A DNA stretch of 63,797 nt, counting the filler, from Hyphochytrium catenoides (Eukaryota; Protista; Hyphochytriomycota): NCBI GenBank assembly GCA_900088475.1. It is 10 parts of 10 records of this genome, joined end to end, with 100 filler letters (N's around TTAATTAATTAA, not from the genome) between each part and the next. Parts side by side here need not be neighbours in the genome. Positions count along the whole stretch, not along the records: positions 62,612 to 63,797 come from FLMG01001907.1; 9 more parts are not named here. The stretch is one strand, 5' to 3'. The position numbers and the translations under genes were made by a program. Below the pieces are notes generated by a model. That model did no database searches. It saw nothing but the letters and a program-made list of their open reading frames with translations, and had not been told where the DNA came from. The first letter of the stretch is position 1; each line of letters opens with the position of its first letter. Below are positions 63,022 through 63,797 of the stretch, one piece after another.

Positions 63022-63797
63022 TGGCGTGATGGTGTGTAAGTTTGAGAAGAAGAAATGCAACCACAGACAGAGTAGGACATTATGTATGTGTCCTCAGACC
63101 ACTTGGACTCCAGCTAGGGTCGGATCACGGTTGGGCTATGACATTCAGCCACTGAGCTCGCGGCTCTTCATTGGAAGATGTTGATGAGCGCCAAGAAGCT
63201 ATGACTGACATTGTCAAAGGGTTGCGCTCACCTCCTGTCGAGAAACGACTTTCGAAAAGAGTTCTCTCTTTCACCCTTGCCACTTGACCGTGTTGTCGGT
63301 GTCTGCGTTTTCAGCTTCATTTGGGCTTCAAGGACGCTTTGCCCGACACCTGATCTAATTTCAAGCTTTCCTATGCCTCCGCCTCCTTCCTTATTCCTAC
63401 TGGCATACGCTAGAGGACGAAATGCCGTCCCGAGAAACACTGCAGTAATGGAACAAGCATGCGCAAGACCCTTATTATGGGGGGGCTGGAGAAGAAGTAT
63501 GATTCTTGCGACTGTACAGCAGCCGTTTCGGGTAGTAGTGGCAAGAACTAAATAACTGTCCAACTACAATCGATTAGGTGTCGTGTCATGGAGAACAACC
63601 CAGTAGTTGGCCAACAGTGTTGGTGCCGAGTATACGACAGACAGAGAGCGAAGATGGACTAACAAACAAAGTTCCTAACCGTTGTTCTTCTTTCTGAGAA
63701 TATGCATAATCAACCACCGTGCGGACGATGCAGAGAATGCTCACTTTCGCCTAACAAAACTGGGAAGACCGGACTGACTACCTATCAGACAACCTCT

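Overview
Not one locus: ten eukaryotic contigs joined by nine identical 100-bp artificial linkers (44 N + TTAATTAATTAA + 44 N), so adjacency across linkers is meaningless. The nuclear contigs come from an intron-rich protist (GT-AG introns, standard code) with abundant (GA)n/(CT)n microsatellites; a stramenopile-like host is plausible but not provable here. Genes I spliced by hand: partial RPC9/RPC17, an ADP1-type ABCG transporter with a Cys-rich ectodomain, serine palmitoyltransferase LCB2, partial APC2, a secreted PAN/Fn3-associated/repeat protein, a leucine-zipper + SnoaL-like + CaaX protein, a WRKY19-like Cys/His repeat protein, TADA1, partial PPWD1, RNPS1/SR45, partial Acinus and tRNA-Pro(TGG). 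One AT-rich contig is mitochondrial (trnY, trnS, nad11). Mobile DNA includes a Copia retrotransposon whose RT faces its gag-protease in the opposite orientation and a probable Mutator-like relic. The best candidate for an undescribed system is the 24942-26054 protein: acidic N-terminus, basic patch/zipper, bacterial-type SnoaL/ester-cyclase pocket and a terminal CIIM prenylation motif. Family assignments come from motif recognition, not database searches.
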